DNA of 64,000 bases, taken from assembly GCA_019638695.1 (NCBI GenBank), contig JAHBTG010000001.1, positions 19,173 to 83,172 of the forward strand. The letters are read 5' to 3'. The notes beneath the pieces are model-generated. The model did not search any database. It worked only from the letters and a program-made list of their open reading frames with translations, and had not been told where the DNA came from. The position numbers were made by a program, and so were the translations under genes. Source of the DNA: Bacteroidota bacterium (lineage in GTDB: Bacteria; Bacteroidota; Bacteroidia; J057; JAJTIE01). Below, one piece after another: positions 21,601 to 28,831 of the stretch; position 1 is the first letter of the stretch, and every line of letters begins with the position of its first letter.

Positions 21601-24600
21601 CGAACCGCAGTCCGTAGCAATGCTTCCCCCCACAATACTCCCCCACTGCACAGGGTCTATATCTGCGTCAAAGTCGTCTTCCATCAGGCCGCCCGGCACA
21701 CTCATCCAGGGACCTGTGGGAGAGGCGCTCTGTTCCCAGCGATAGATATAGTTGCCGGAGCCCCCGGTGGCCGGTGCCGTGGAGGTGAGTAAAGCCGGCG
21801 CGGTATTCCAGCAGATGGTCTGCGGAACCTCTATCACACCGGGATCAAGCACAGGATTGACCTGTATATTTACTGCCCCTGTGCTCACACAACCCGTAAC
21901 CGGGTTGGTAACTGCAACAGTGTAAGTAGTGGGACTTGAAGGGGTGGCTACAGGGTTATAGATGGTAGTATTGTCCAGCGTAACCGCAGGCGTCCAGCTA
22001 TAAGTATAGGGCACAGGTGCAGGAGTAAGCACCACGTTGTCCAGCGCCCAGTTATCATCCGTACCTGCCGCCCCGCGGGTCTGCCGCCAGCGTAGCCGGG
22101 TAGCATTCGTCCAGGCCCCGGCAGGAAGCGCAAAGCTCTGGCTACGCCAGCCGGTGAGGTTGGTATTAAAACCTGTAGCGGAAATCGTATGCCAGGTAGC
22201 GCCATTATCTATAGAGTATTCGAGCACCACTTCTTCCCCCGCCTCCGGGCGGTCGCAACCACCTATGCCATCCCCTATGCGGATGTTAAAGGTCAGGCTA
22301 CCGCCATTGCTGACATCTAGGGGAATGGTGGTAGCCGAGCGTTCCGCCACCGCGCCGTTAAAGTTAAGGGCGTCCAGGTTCACGGATGTGCAGGGCGAGA
22401 TGCCCACCACGCCCCCGGCAACACTCTGCCAGGCATCGGTATCCAGGCCAAAATCAAAATTATTATTTAGCGGCCGGGTTACCACGCTCAGCTGTGTGCT
22501 GCTGTCTGCACAACTGGTAGGGAAAGCTGCCGTGGTACTCAGTGCAAACGTATCTGCACCGGCCATAACCTGCACCGTCCGGGTACCGCTGCAATTTGTG
22601 GACGTATTAGTCACAGTGACGGTATAGGTAGTGGTAACGGCCGGGGTAGCCACCGGGTTGGCTATAGCGGCATCATTCAGGGAAACGGCAGGAGACCAGC
22701 TGTAGGTATACTGGGTCGTATTGGGTACAATGCTGATGTCGTCGATCGCATAATTATCGCCCCAGCCGGCATTGTGGGTATGTGTCCACCGAAACTGGGT
22801 GTAGCTGGTGCGTGCTGCCGGCGGCAATACCAGGGAATACAGGTTCCAGGCGGTGCTGTTGGTGCCATAAGGCCCTCCCAGGGGATTCCAGGTAATACCC
22901 CCGTCCGTGGAATAGACTACGGATACGCCTTCGCCAGCTTCCATATCGTTGCAGCCTGTGGTACTGCCGCCATCGCCGCCCACCCGCATACGGAAATTCA
23001 GGGTGCCGCCATTGGCCATGTCAAAGGGCTGGGTAGTGGCCTGGCGTATAAGCAGGGTCTCTTCATCGAACATCAGCGCATTGCCGCTTTGGGCCACGCA
23101 GCGTTCCCGGGTAACGCGCCCGCCTTCTATGGTTTGCCACAAGCCGGGAGTGAGGCCCGCGTCAAAGCTCTCGGAAAATACATGGGCCGTAGCCAGCAGT
23201 TGGGTGGAGCTGCCCGCACATACCTTGGGAGTGGTGGCCGTGGCCAGCACGGTGATATCCCTGTTAGATACGGCGACATCTACCGTAGCCGTATTGCTGC
23301 AGCCACTCTGCCGGTTGGTCATCGTCACGGTATAGGTGCGGGAAGCGGTGGGCGTGACGGTAGGTTCGGCCAGGGTAGGATCATCGATCTCCAGGTTGGG
23401 CGACCAGCTATACGCATAGTTACTGTCCGGAAGCGCATGGGAGGTGATGACCACATTATCTATGGCAAAGTTGTCCGCCGTATTGGCATTGTTATTCTGC
23501 CGCCAGCGGATCTGCGTGGTGGTGCTCCAGGCCAGTTCCGGCAAGGACAGGGACAGGTTGGTCCAGTCCATATTGAGATAGGGCCCGCCGAAGACCGTCC
23601 AGGTAGCGCCCAGGTTCGTAGAAAACTCCAGGTAGACCTCATCGCTGGCGGCCTCCAGGTTATCGCAGCCGCTGCCGCCACCCCCGCGGTAGCTGAAGGC
23701 CACAGTGCCGCCGGTGCTCAGGTCCATAGGCCAGGTGGTGGCACGGCGGTCGCTGGTGCCGCCCGTGAACTTGAGGATATTGCCTGTAATAGAGGCGCAG
23801 TCCGTAGCAACCACCCCACCCACTACGCTCTGCCACACCGAAACATCGGGGGTACCGGACGTAAAGTCATCCGCCTGCCGCAACAGAGCATGCACCTGCA
23901 CGCTGGCGCCGCTACACACCACCGCATTATCTATGATAGCCCTCACCGGCAGGGGATTGTTATCCAGGGTCACCGCCACCATATCCGTGCCCGAACACTG
24001 GGTGGCGGTATTAGTTACCGTCACGGTATAGGTGGTATTCGCAGCGGGGGTAGCCACGGGTGTCGGGGAAGTCGGATCATCCAGCGAAGCGGCAGGCAAC
24101 CAGCTATAGGTATACTGCTGCGCCGGAGCTGTGATCGCCACATTATCTATGGCCCATTCATCTGCATTACCGCCGCCTGCATTGTATTGCACCCAGCGAA
24201 AGATCGTATGACTGGTCTGCGCGGCCTCAGGGATAGGATAACTGTAGTTTACCCAGGCGGGGTTATTGGGAATGTACTGGTCTATGGTTACCCAGGTGGC
24301 GCCATTGTCTACCGAATATTCCAGGTTGGCATGGTCGTTCTGGCCGGCGTTCTCATGGTTATCGCAGGCGGCGCTGCCGCCTATGCGCAGGCTAAAGGCA
24401 ATCGTACCACCCTGCGGCACATCCAGGGGGACGGTCTGGGCTGCCCGCAGTCCGGCATTGAGCGTAAAGGTGAGCGCATTGCCGGAGATGGAGCCGCATT
24501 CAGTGGAAGTGAGCACGGCATTGGTGACATTCCCCCAGAGGCTGGGGCTCAGGAAGGGATCGAAATCATCCGAAAGGTCATTGGGGATCACTTTCAGGTA

Positions 24601-26133
24601 CGTAGTCCCCCCGGTGCACAACGACGGAAAATCTGCCACGGCATACACCCCGATCGCCTTGTTATCCACCCTCACGGTGACCGTAGCGGAATCCACACAC
24701 CGGGTAGCGGTATCCGTCATGACCACGGTGTAGGTGGTAGTAGCGGCTACGGTAGCGGTGGGTTGTGGAAGGACGGGGTTATCCAGGCCGGCAGCAGGCG
24801 ACCAGCTATAGGTATACCCGCTTGCGGGGACAGGCGTGCGAACGGACACGTTGTCGATAGCAAAGTTATCGGCCGTATTGGCATTATTATTCTGCCGCCA
24901 GCGGATCTGGGTGCGCTGTGTTTGCGCCCCGGCAGGTAATACGATCGAATAGGGCACCCAGGCTGTGCTGTTTGCCAGGTAGGGGCCGCCCAGGGTAACC
25001 CAGCTGTAGCCATTAACGCTGTACTCCAGATACACTTCATCGCTGGACGCTTCCAGGTCATTGCAGGGACTGCCCCCGCCATCGCCCCCCATGCGCATGA
25101 GGAAACGGAGCGTAGCGCCCTCGGTGGTATTCATGGGCATAGTGGTGGCCCGGCGGTCACCCGTACCACCGTTAAAGTAGAGCACATTCCCTGTGGTAGA
25201 TGCACAGGTAGTAGTCACTGTAGCGCCCTCTATACGCTCCCATAATCTGCCGTTGAGTGCGGCGTCAAAGTCATCATTCAGGTCCAGATAGGCCGCCAGC
25301 CGAGAAGCGCCACCAGCGCATACGATAGGGGTCTGGGCATTGGCCGCGGCGGGCACCAGCCGGTTGCCCATGTGCACGGTGGTGGCGCCGGTACCGGTGC
25401 AGCCGGTTACGGGATGGGTTACCGTAAGGGTAAAGGTGGTAGGCGCCACAATACCGCTGGCGCGGGGTGTGGGACTATTGGGGTCGTCCAGCAGGGCGGC
25501 TGGCGTCCAGCTGTAAGTATAAGCTTGTGCAGGGGCATTAACCTGGATGTAAACATTATCCAGCATCCAGTTATCGGTGGTGGTCTCGTGGTTTTGCTGC
25601 ATCCACCGGAACATCGTCTGCGCCGTTTGTGCAGCGGGAGGTATGGCCACCGCAAACCGGTTCCAGAACAGGGCGCCATTCCCATAGGTGGCGCCGATAG
25701 TGGTCCAGCTAAGACCACCGTTGACGCTGTATTGCAGGCTAACATTCTCCGCCGCATTATCCATATTGTCGCACCCGCCCAGGGTACCGATACCCAGCAC
25801 AAAATAGACGATGCCTCCACCGGACACGTCCAGGGGTCTGGTCTGCGCCTGGCGGGTGACCATAGTACCGTTAAAATAAAGACCCTGCCCATCATAGGGT
25901 ACACAGCCCATACCGGCGGCACCGCCGTCTATAAGGTTCCACATGCCCGGGTCTACCCCTGTATCAAACTTGTCTGCCATACCAAAGCCCGTCCGCAAGA
26001 CAGTAGCCCCCCCGGAACAAAGCGAATCGTGATCTGCCTGTACGAATACAGAAAGCGGCCCATAAAGGCATTGGCTCCTGGCTGTCAAAGAAAACCCGAA
26101 TAGCAAAATGACAAGAAAAATACCTTTTTTCAT
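15643..26133 (-). CDS. Giant (3,496 aa) secreted repeat protein with T9SS type A C-terminal sorting domain
   Basis: Uninterrupted 10.5-kb ORF with signal peptide 'MKKGIFLVILLFGFSLTARSQ'. It contains 12 tandem jelly-roll plus Ig-like modules and a ~550-aa unique region. The C-terminus 'YPNPTRGGVSLDFNF...VECYNNLGQLV...GVYTLEI...LAKGVYSLRV' is a Por/T9SS type A CTD. Confidence 0.9.
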   Translation of the reverse strand: MKKGIFLVILLFGFSLTARSQCLYGPLSVFVQADHDSLCSGGATVLRTGFGMADKFDTGVDPGMWNLIDGGAAGMGCVPYDGQGLYFNGTMVTRQAQTRPLDVSGGGIVYFVLGIGTLGGCDNMDNAAENVSLQYSVNGGLSWTTIGATYGNGALFWNRFAVAIPPAAQTAQTMFRWMQQNHETTTDNWMLDNVYIQVNAPAQAYTYSWTPAALLDDPNSPTPRASGIVAPTTFTLTVTHPVTGCTGTGATTVHMGNRLVPAAANAQTPIVCAGGASRLAAYLDLNDDFDAALNGRLWERIEGATVTTTCASTTGNVLYFNGGTGDRRATTMPMNTTEGATLRFLMRMGGDGGGSPCNDLEASSDEVYLEYSVNGYSWVTLGGPYLANSTAWVPYSIVLPAGAQTQRTQIRWRQNNNANTADNFAIDNVSVRTPVPASGYTYSWSPAAGLDNPVLPQPTATVAATTTYTVVMTDTATRCVDSATVTVRVDNKAIGVYAVADFPSLCTGGTTYLKVIPNDLSDDFDPFLSPSLWGNVTNAVLTSTECGSISGNALTFTLNAGLRAAQTVPLDVPQGGTIAFSLRIGGSAACDNHENAGQNDHANLEYSVDNGATWVTIDQYIPNNPAWVNYSYPIPEAAQTSHTIFRWVQYNAGGGNADEWAIDNVAITAPAQQYTYSWLPAASLDDPTSPTPVATPAANTTYTVTVTNTATQCSGTDMVAVTLDNNPLPVRAIIDNAVVCSGASVQVHALLRQADDFTSGTPDVSVWQSVVGGVVATDCASITGNILKFTGGTSDRRATTWPMDLSTGGTVAFSYRGGGGSGCDNLEAASDEVYLEFSTNLGATWTVFGGPYLNMDWTNLSLSLPELAWSTTTQIRWRQNNNANTADNFAIDNVVITSHALPDSNYAYSWSPNLEIDDPTLAEPTVTPTASRTYTVTMTNRQSGCSNTATVDVAVSNRDITVLATATTPKVCAGSSTQLLATAHVFSESFDAGLTPGLWQTIEGGRVTRERCVAQSGNALMFDEETLLIRQATTQPFDMANGGTLNFRMRVGGDGGSTTGCNDMEAGEGVSVVYSTDGGITWNPLGGPYGTNSTAWNLYSLVLPPAARTSYTQFRWTHTHNAGWGDNYAIDDISIVPNTTQYTYSWSPAVSLNDAAIANPVATPAVTTTYTVTVTNTSTNCSGTRTVQVMAGADTFALSTTAAFPTSCADSSTQLSVVTRPLNNNFDFGLDTDAWQSVAGGVVGISPCTSVNLDALNFNGAVAERSATTIPLDVSNGGSLTFNIRIGDGIGGCDRPEAGEEVVLEYSIDNGATWHTISATGFNTNLTGWRSQSFALPAGAWTNATRLRWRQTRGAAGTDDNWALDNVVLTPAPVPYTYSWTPAVTLDNTTIYNPVATPSSPTTYTVAVTNPVTGCVSTGAVNIQVNPVLDPGVIEVPQTICWNTAPALLTSTAPATGGSGNYIYRWEQSASPTGPWMSVPGGLMEDDFDADIDPVQWGSIVGGSIATDCGSLSGNALKFTGTAVGNAARYARTNSLDLTHGGSIHFALAMGGTGSANPCNGPDGPSGELVYLEYSTDGGANWYTLATYGDPLTNDMNIPWTSYSVPIPPVARTATTQIRWQQFKQNSNTADVFMLDNVYIASGAPTVTNGYGPEYQPPVLTDTTYYRRVVMDADVTQCDRISNTLMVAVPRLDPGTLVAANQVICAGTVPVIILGDRAAGIHWGPIEYTWQWAHDPSGPWTDFAASDTPDLSPPAITQTTYYRRQAADLTCTEVQHTNVITVTTTQLVLDLTNVFSNVCPASFSQLNVTPRVVSDDFDPAVDASVWHTIVGGAVATNCGAMSGNALKFTGPGTGNAARYAATIPVDVSAGGFVNFAMQIGGTGGSEPCNGPDGLDGELVFLEYSVDGGNTWVNIATYGDPLTQNMNFPWANYSVPIPVAAQTGSTRFRWQQFKQNSNAADVFMLDNVAIVPASITYTYSWSPADGLSDPAIPNPVASPGTETTYTVTVTNPITGCQGTASTIVIPSGFDVNVRRSLSKICAGGSFQMTATAGAFAFSDDFDPDIDSALWVIDGGRITHATQVYEGCGAVAWYGLYFDGYPAPRYARTYPLDVSAGGTVSYSLRVGGGGTCDNIEAGESVLFQYSTDGGSVWTTLTTHATNIGWTTFNPAIPAGAQTPNTLFRWWQTAQDAANDANWALDNVSIIPAAIPYTYSWSPATYLDDPAIANPTATNVTADITYTVTVTNTNTGCTGTATVPVTLGPCDMEVEALSQPAYVCLDGETQLQARTVAQVFSDDFDPTYDPRLWGTINGGRVTLERCGSVSGFAMMFDGLLSLRSIQTRPLDVSTGGTITYRMRVGGDGGSATGCNDVEADHNDEVYFGYSIDGGATWIEIRDRVGTNSTAWGSYTVAIPDAAKTSCTIFRWWQHDSSSPAQRRPPDNMPIHQVDNWAIDNVSITVNPLSYTWLWTPATGLDDPTLPNPRLSPVTGPQMYTVTMTNTLTGCSGTDSIDPYNPDPEAFDITTTATPVVLCPGTSATLTTEVAGLDDDFDPGIDAGMWSDITGGFAGTGCGASSGTLALYFNGNPNPVRSATTKALNTATGGNLVFNMRLGNAGLPCEQIDIIPSQEEVYVQYSIDAGATWVDLEVNYVTSSGFLAHSLPIPDEARTNATMFRFYQYNNDNNNAGNWAIDDIRFIPNADPYLYSWRNLTEGGTAGIVSPTQATTVVNPVRTTYYEVTITDSISNCPSYDTVQVIVGFSPVVVSAATTQLCPGSSTQLQALVVPFVDDFDPDTVGMLWSSIVGGAPAVTCGSAAGNALFFNGTGGYREAVTVPVDVASGGTLDFSLKAGSGGGCDNLDAGEFVRLDYSTDLGTTWTNIASYGNMNWTVHQVAIPAGALTSFTQFRWSLTHNTGTGDNWAIDNVGFTLNPVTYTYSWTPVTGLDDPSSPTPVATITAPVTYTVTITNAATGCLAIDSIHLDMPDGLHWDGSESTDWFDPNNWTPPCVPTCYLNAIITDITAPHQPVIAGATAHADTLTIGPGMTLTIAATDSLLICGDFLNSGTFEPHNGVLGFVGNVNQNYRNAGPEELHDVVVDNASTVTLMDNMTLEAGGSLKWGTLAGRILTGTADTVIVKNISGGSVSGHSVSGYVQGILRRHVDQAAAQSYDFPVGIDPALLGYQNANITFTAAPTFTYLDAFFTSYASSAIPVFAPFTECDETKDCILDNHGKWTIEPDHAAGTSTYNITLYPLNGTSTQCPGSIPWTVMKRTIVPATGSWVLEGQPCSQGLNPYRAALTTFSEFAPVTGTMPLAIDDLYLSAAPRYSQIDLNWVSDHTTESSALRYVLQRAAPGEPFVPIASRTTAEHSQVAGRYYHMDEEVLPNTQYHYRVIREDLDGAAYHSNIAAAQIRMDDGIYVSSPYPNPTRGGVSLDFNFAEDQWVQVECYNNLGQLVLPAVHKRYTAGVYTLEIPADGLAKGVYSLRVGLKGRQYYFRLSIL
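17200..26070 (-). repeat. Array of 12 tandem coding modules (~690-715 nt period) inside the giant gene
   Basis: The module-terminal motif 'D.[WF]A[IL]D[ND][VI]' recurs on the minus strand. Approximate positions are nt 25560, 24858, 24148, 23462, 22748, 22042, 21229, 20242, 19537, 18778, 18065 and 17373. The repeats are diverged at nucleotide level and conserved at protein-motif level. Confidence 0.8.
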
Positions 26134-26279
26134 AAGAATTGCAACAGCATACAGCCAAAGACCGATGGCCGAATATACACCATTAATTAAAATAGAGGAA
26201 ATCTTACATTAACAGTATATGTGTATAAGGTATTATCCGACTTACCTGTATAGCGAGAAGATCTGCGCGTGGACACTCA

Positions 26280-28691
26280 TCAGGATGATTTGCCTGCAGG
26301 CTTGGGCAGCTTCCATTCCAGCGGCATCCGTAGCTGTAACACAATATTGCGGCCGGGTTCGGGCAGGTTCAGGAAGCGGTAGCGGCTCAGGTGATGGAAA
26401 TACCGCTCATCCAGTGCGTTGTTGAGCAGGAAAGTCCATTCCAGGGCCTGTCCGTGCACCTGCACACGGCACCCCATCCCCAGGTTGAGCAATGTATAAC
26501 CGGGGGTAGCCCGCTCATTGCGGTCCGTGCGGTGCTGAGCATCCACCTTCTGCCACTGGAGGCGGAAGAACAGGTCCTTCAGCCAGCGAAACGGGGTATC
26601 TCCGTGCAGTTCGGCTTCCAGTTGCAGGCGATTGGGCGGCATAAAGGGCAGCGGCAGGTACTGGCGCACATTCTGTCCATGCAGATACATATAGGCCCCT
26701 CCCAGGTGCAGGTGCTTGCCCGGGTGCCAGTCTGCAGTAAGCTCGCCGCCGCCTATATAGGCCGGACTTTGCCGGAAGCGGTATACCTGGTCGCCATCGG
26801 GCAGGCGGGAAAACTCGGGCATGGCTGCCAGGTAAATGTAGTTGGCAAAGTAGTTATAGAAGGGGGTAAGGCTAACGGCCCACATCTTGCGCTGTACCAC
26901 CACGGCGAGGTCTGCCTGCACGCCCCGCTCCACTTCCAGGGCAGGGTCTCCCTGTTCATGCCGGAAGGTGCCGTGGTGTATTCCATTGGCTGTGAGCTCA
27001 TAGGCCTGCGGGAAGCGGAAGTAGGTGCCCACATTAGCTTTGAGGTTCAGCCAGGGGCGCAGGAACCAGGACAGCCCCCCTGAGCCGGACAGGTTCTGAA
27101 AGCTTTTATACAGCGCAGGCACATACTGAGTGGTGGAATCTATACGATTGTTAACGATAAAATAACTGCGGAAGGACTGCACTTGCAGTTGTCCGGCATC
27201 CAGGCGGGCGCCCCCATTCAGGTAAAGCTTGTCCTGGCACAAGGCCCATTGCTGATAAGCAAAGACCCCTATCTGCCAGCTCTGGAAAGGGGCGAGCAGA
27301 AATTCAAAGCCGTCCCGCCGGTTCTGCTGCTGCATACCGCTGAATCCCACCACCCCGGAGCTCCCCTTCAGCCAGCGGTGGTGCAGGCGAATATTGCCGC
27401 TGAGGGTAGCCAGCCGCAGCTCATGGGCCAGGGAACCCCCTGCCGCCGGACGGCCATGTGCGTGCGCCAAAGACAGTTCCTGGCGGTGGTTATACTGGTA
27501 ACCCAGGTCCACATCCAGCCACTGCCTGCCCAGCAGCAGGCTGGTATTGCTCACCACTTTGTAGTGACGGGTATGCTGGGCAGGCAACTGCACGTCGCGG
27601 TCATTGCCGTCATCCCGCAGGGCATAGGCCGTGGGCATGCCCACGGCACCCATAAACAGACCCGCCTCCTGGTCATAGCTGCTGATATGCACATGAGTAT
27701 GGCCCCATTTGCCATGATACCCCAGCATGCCGGCAGCATGCCGCTCTCTCCCGGCGGTATTCTTGAGTTGTCCGTCCACCAGCGGAAGCACAAACCGGTT
27801 ATAGGTAAAGCTGGCGGCGGGCAGATAATAGTCGCCATAGTTCTGGTCGCTCAGGCGCAGGCGGCCCACCCACCGGCCCCGGTGTGCAGCCACTTCGCCA
27901 CTGACTATCCGGTTACGGTTGACAGACTGGTACCCCATTTCCAGTGCGGTGCGCAGGTGGTGGTCCGGCACTTCCGGGCCGGGCAGCAGCTCCACCACGC
28001 CTCCAATGGCCTCCGGACCGTAAACGAGTGTGGCCGGGCCGCGCAGGATCTGTACCTGCTGGGCATCATAGGGATCTATTTCCACACCATGGTCCTGCCC
28101 CCACTGCTGGCCCTCCTGCCGCAAACCATATTGTACCACCGCCACCCGGTTAAAAGCCAGTCCGCGGATCACAGGCTTGGCAATGCCCGTACCGGTGCTC
28201 ATATAGGCAAAGCCCGGCGCGGCGCCCAGGGTGTGCATGAGGCTGCTGCCACGGCTGCGGCGCAGCCACTGTTCATCCGCTTGAAACACGGCTACAGACT
28301 GCCGCCTGGCCTCCAGCTTGAGTTTATCGGCCTCCACGCGCATAGCATCCAGCTCCAGCCGCACTTCTGCCAGCACCAGTTGCAATGTCAGGGTATCAGC
28401 GCCGGAGGTCTTACCCTTCAGGCTATCTGCCAGGGAAAGGGTGCGGGCAAGGGGACGGTAACCAGCCAGCTCCACATGCAGGTGATAAGCGGCCACCCGC
28501 ACACCGGGCAGCAGGAAATGCCCCAGTGCATCGGTCAGGGCTCCCTGGTGCGTCTCATGCAATTCTATTTGCACCCCCGGCAGCGGCTGGCCGTGTTCGT
28601 CCTGTACTTGGCCGCGCAGTACCACCGTTTGGGCACACAAGCCATGGGCAAATAGCCAGAGTAGTAACAGGTGTGGAAATGAATGGGCCAA
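26280..28691 (-). CDS. TonB-dependent receptor with N-terminal carboxypeptidase-regulatory-like domain
   Basis: 803-aa ORF. 'VVLRGQVQDEHGQPLPGVQIELHETHQG' is a CarboxypepD_reg-like segment. The plug region reads 'GIAKPVIRGLAFNRVAVVQYGLRQEGQQWGQDHG'. A long beta-barrel ends in an aromatic-rich strand. The apparent start is TTG, with no in-frame ATG upstream. Confidence 0.85.
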   Translation of the reverse strand: MAHSFPHLLLLWLFAHGLCAQTVVLRGQVQDEHGQPLPGVQIELHETHQGALTDALGHFLLPGVRVAAYHLHVELAGYRPLARTLSLADSLKGKTSGADTLTLQLVLAEVRLELDAMRVEADKLKLEARRQSVAVFQADEQWLRRSRGSSLMHTLGAAPGFAYMSTGTGIAKPVIRGLAFNRVAVVQYGLRQEGQQWGQDHGVEIDPYDAQQVQILRGPATLVYGPEAIGGVVELLPGPEVPDHHLRTALEMGYQSVNRNRIVSGEVAAHRGRWVGRLRLSDQNYGDYYLPAASFTYNRFVLPLVDGQLKNTAGRERHAAGMLGYHGKWGHTHVHISSYDQEAGLFMGAVGMPTAYALRDDGNDRDVQLPAQHTRHYKVVSNTSLLLGRQWLDVDLGYQYNHRQELSLAHAHGRPAAGGSLAHELRLATLSGNIRLHHRWLKGSSGVVGFSGMQQQNRRDGFEFLLAPFQSWQIGVFAYQQWALCQDKLYLNGGARLDAGQLQVQSFRSYFIVNNRIDSTTQYVPALYKSFQNLSGSGGLSWFLRPWLNLKANVGTYFRFPQAYELTANGIHHGTFRHEQGDPALEVERGVQADLAVVVQRKMWAVSLTPFYNYFANYIYLAAMPEFSRLPDGDQVYRFRQSPAYIGGGELTADWHPGKHLHLGGAYMYLHGQNVRQYLPLPFMPPNRLQLEAELHGDTPFRWLKDLFFRLQWQKVDAQHRTDRNERATPGYTLLNLGMGCRVQVHGQALEWTFLLNNALDERYFHHLSRYRFLNLPEPGRNIVLQLRMPLEWKLPKPAGKSS

Positions 28692-28710
28692 GGCAATTGC
28701 AACAGAATTG

Positions 28711-28718
28711 CAAAAATA
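28711..28718 (-). promoter_or_regulatory. Candidate -7 promoter box TATTTTTG for the TonB-dependent receptor gene
   Basis: Plus strand CAAAAATA, 19 nt upstream of the TTG start at 28691. Confidence 0.4.
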
Positions 28719-28799
28719 GACATTTAGGCTGAGTCTGCCGGTGCCAGAATTCTGAGAGAATCTTTATTACATTATGGGTAAAGATATCAGGGCTTTGTC

Positions 28800-28807
28800 T
28801 ACTTTTG
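28800..28807 (+). promoter_or_regulatory. Candidate -7 promoter box TACTTTTG for the metzincin-like gene
   Basis: TACTTTTG lies 24 nt upstream of the ATG at 28832. Confidence 0.4.
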
Positions 28808-28831
28808 TGCCTTATAGAATTTGTTATTGAT

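Noticed and set aside
22774-24939. Very long antisense ORFs opposite strongly supported genes. Examples are 22774-24939 (721 aa), 16867-18366 (499 aa), 8478-9929 (483 aa), 27183-28655 (490 aa), 12165-13472 (435 aa), 34114-35355 (413 aa) and 31247-32275 (342 aa).
   Set aside because: Their products are Gly/Arg/Ala/Pro/His-rich and motif-free. They mirror genes with clear domain signatures. Long open antisense frames are expected in high-GC coding DNA.
15643-26133. Regular ~700-nt periodicity that might suggest a repeat array or CRISPR-like structure.
   Set aside because: The repeats are in-frame protein modules of one continuous ORF. They are far longer than CRISPR repeats and diverged at nucleotide level. 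No short direct repeat/spacer pattern exists anywhere in the window.
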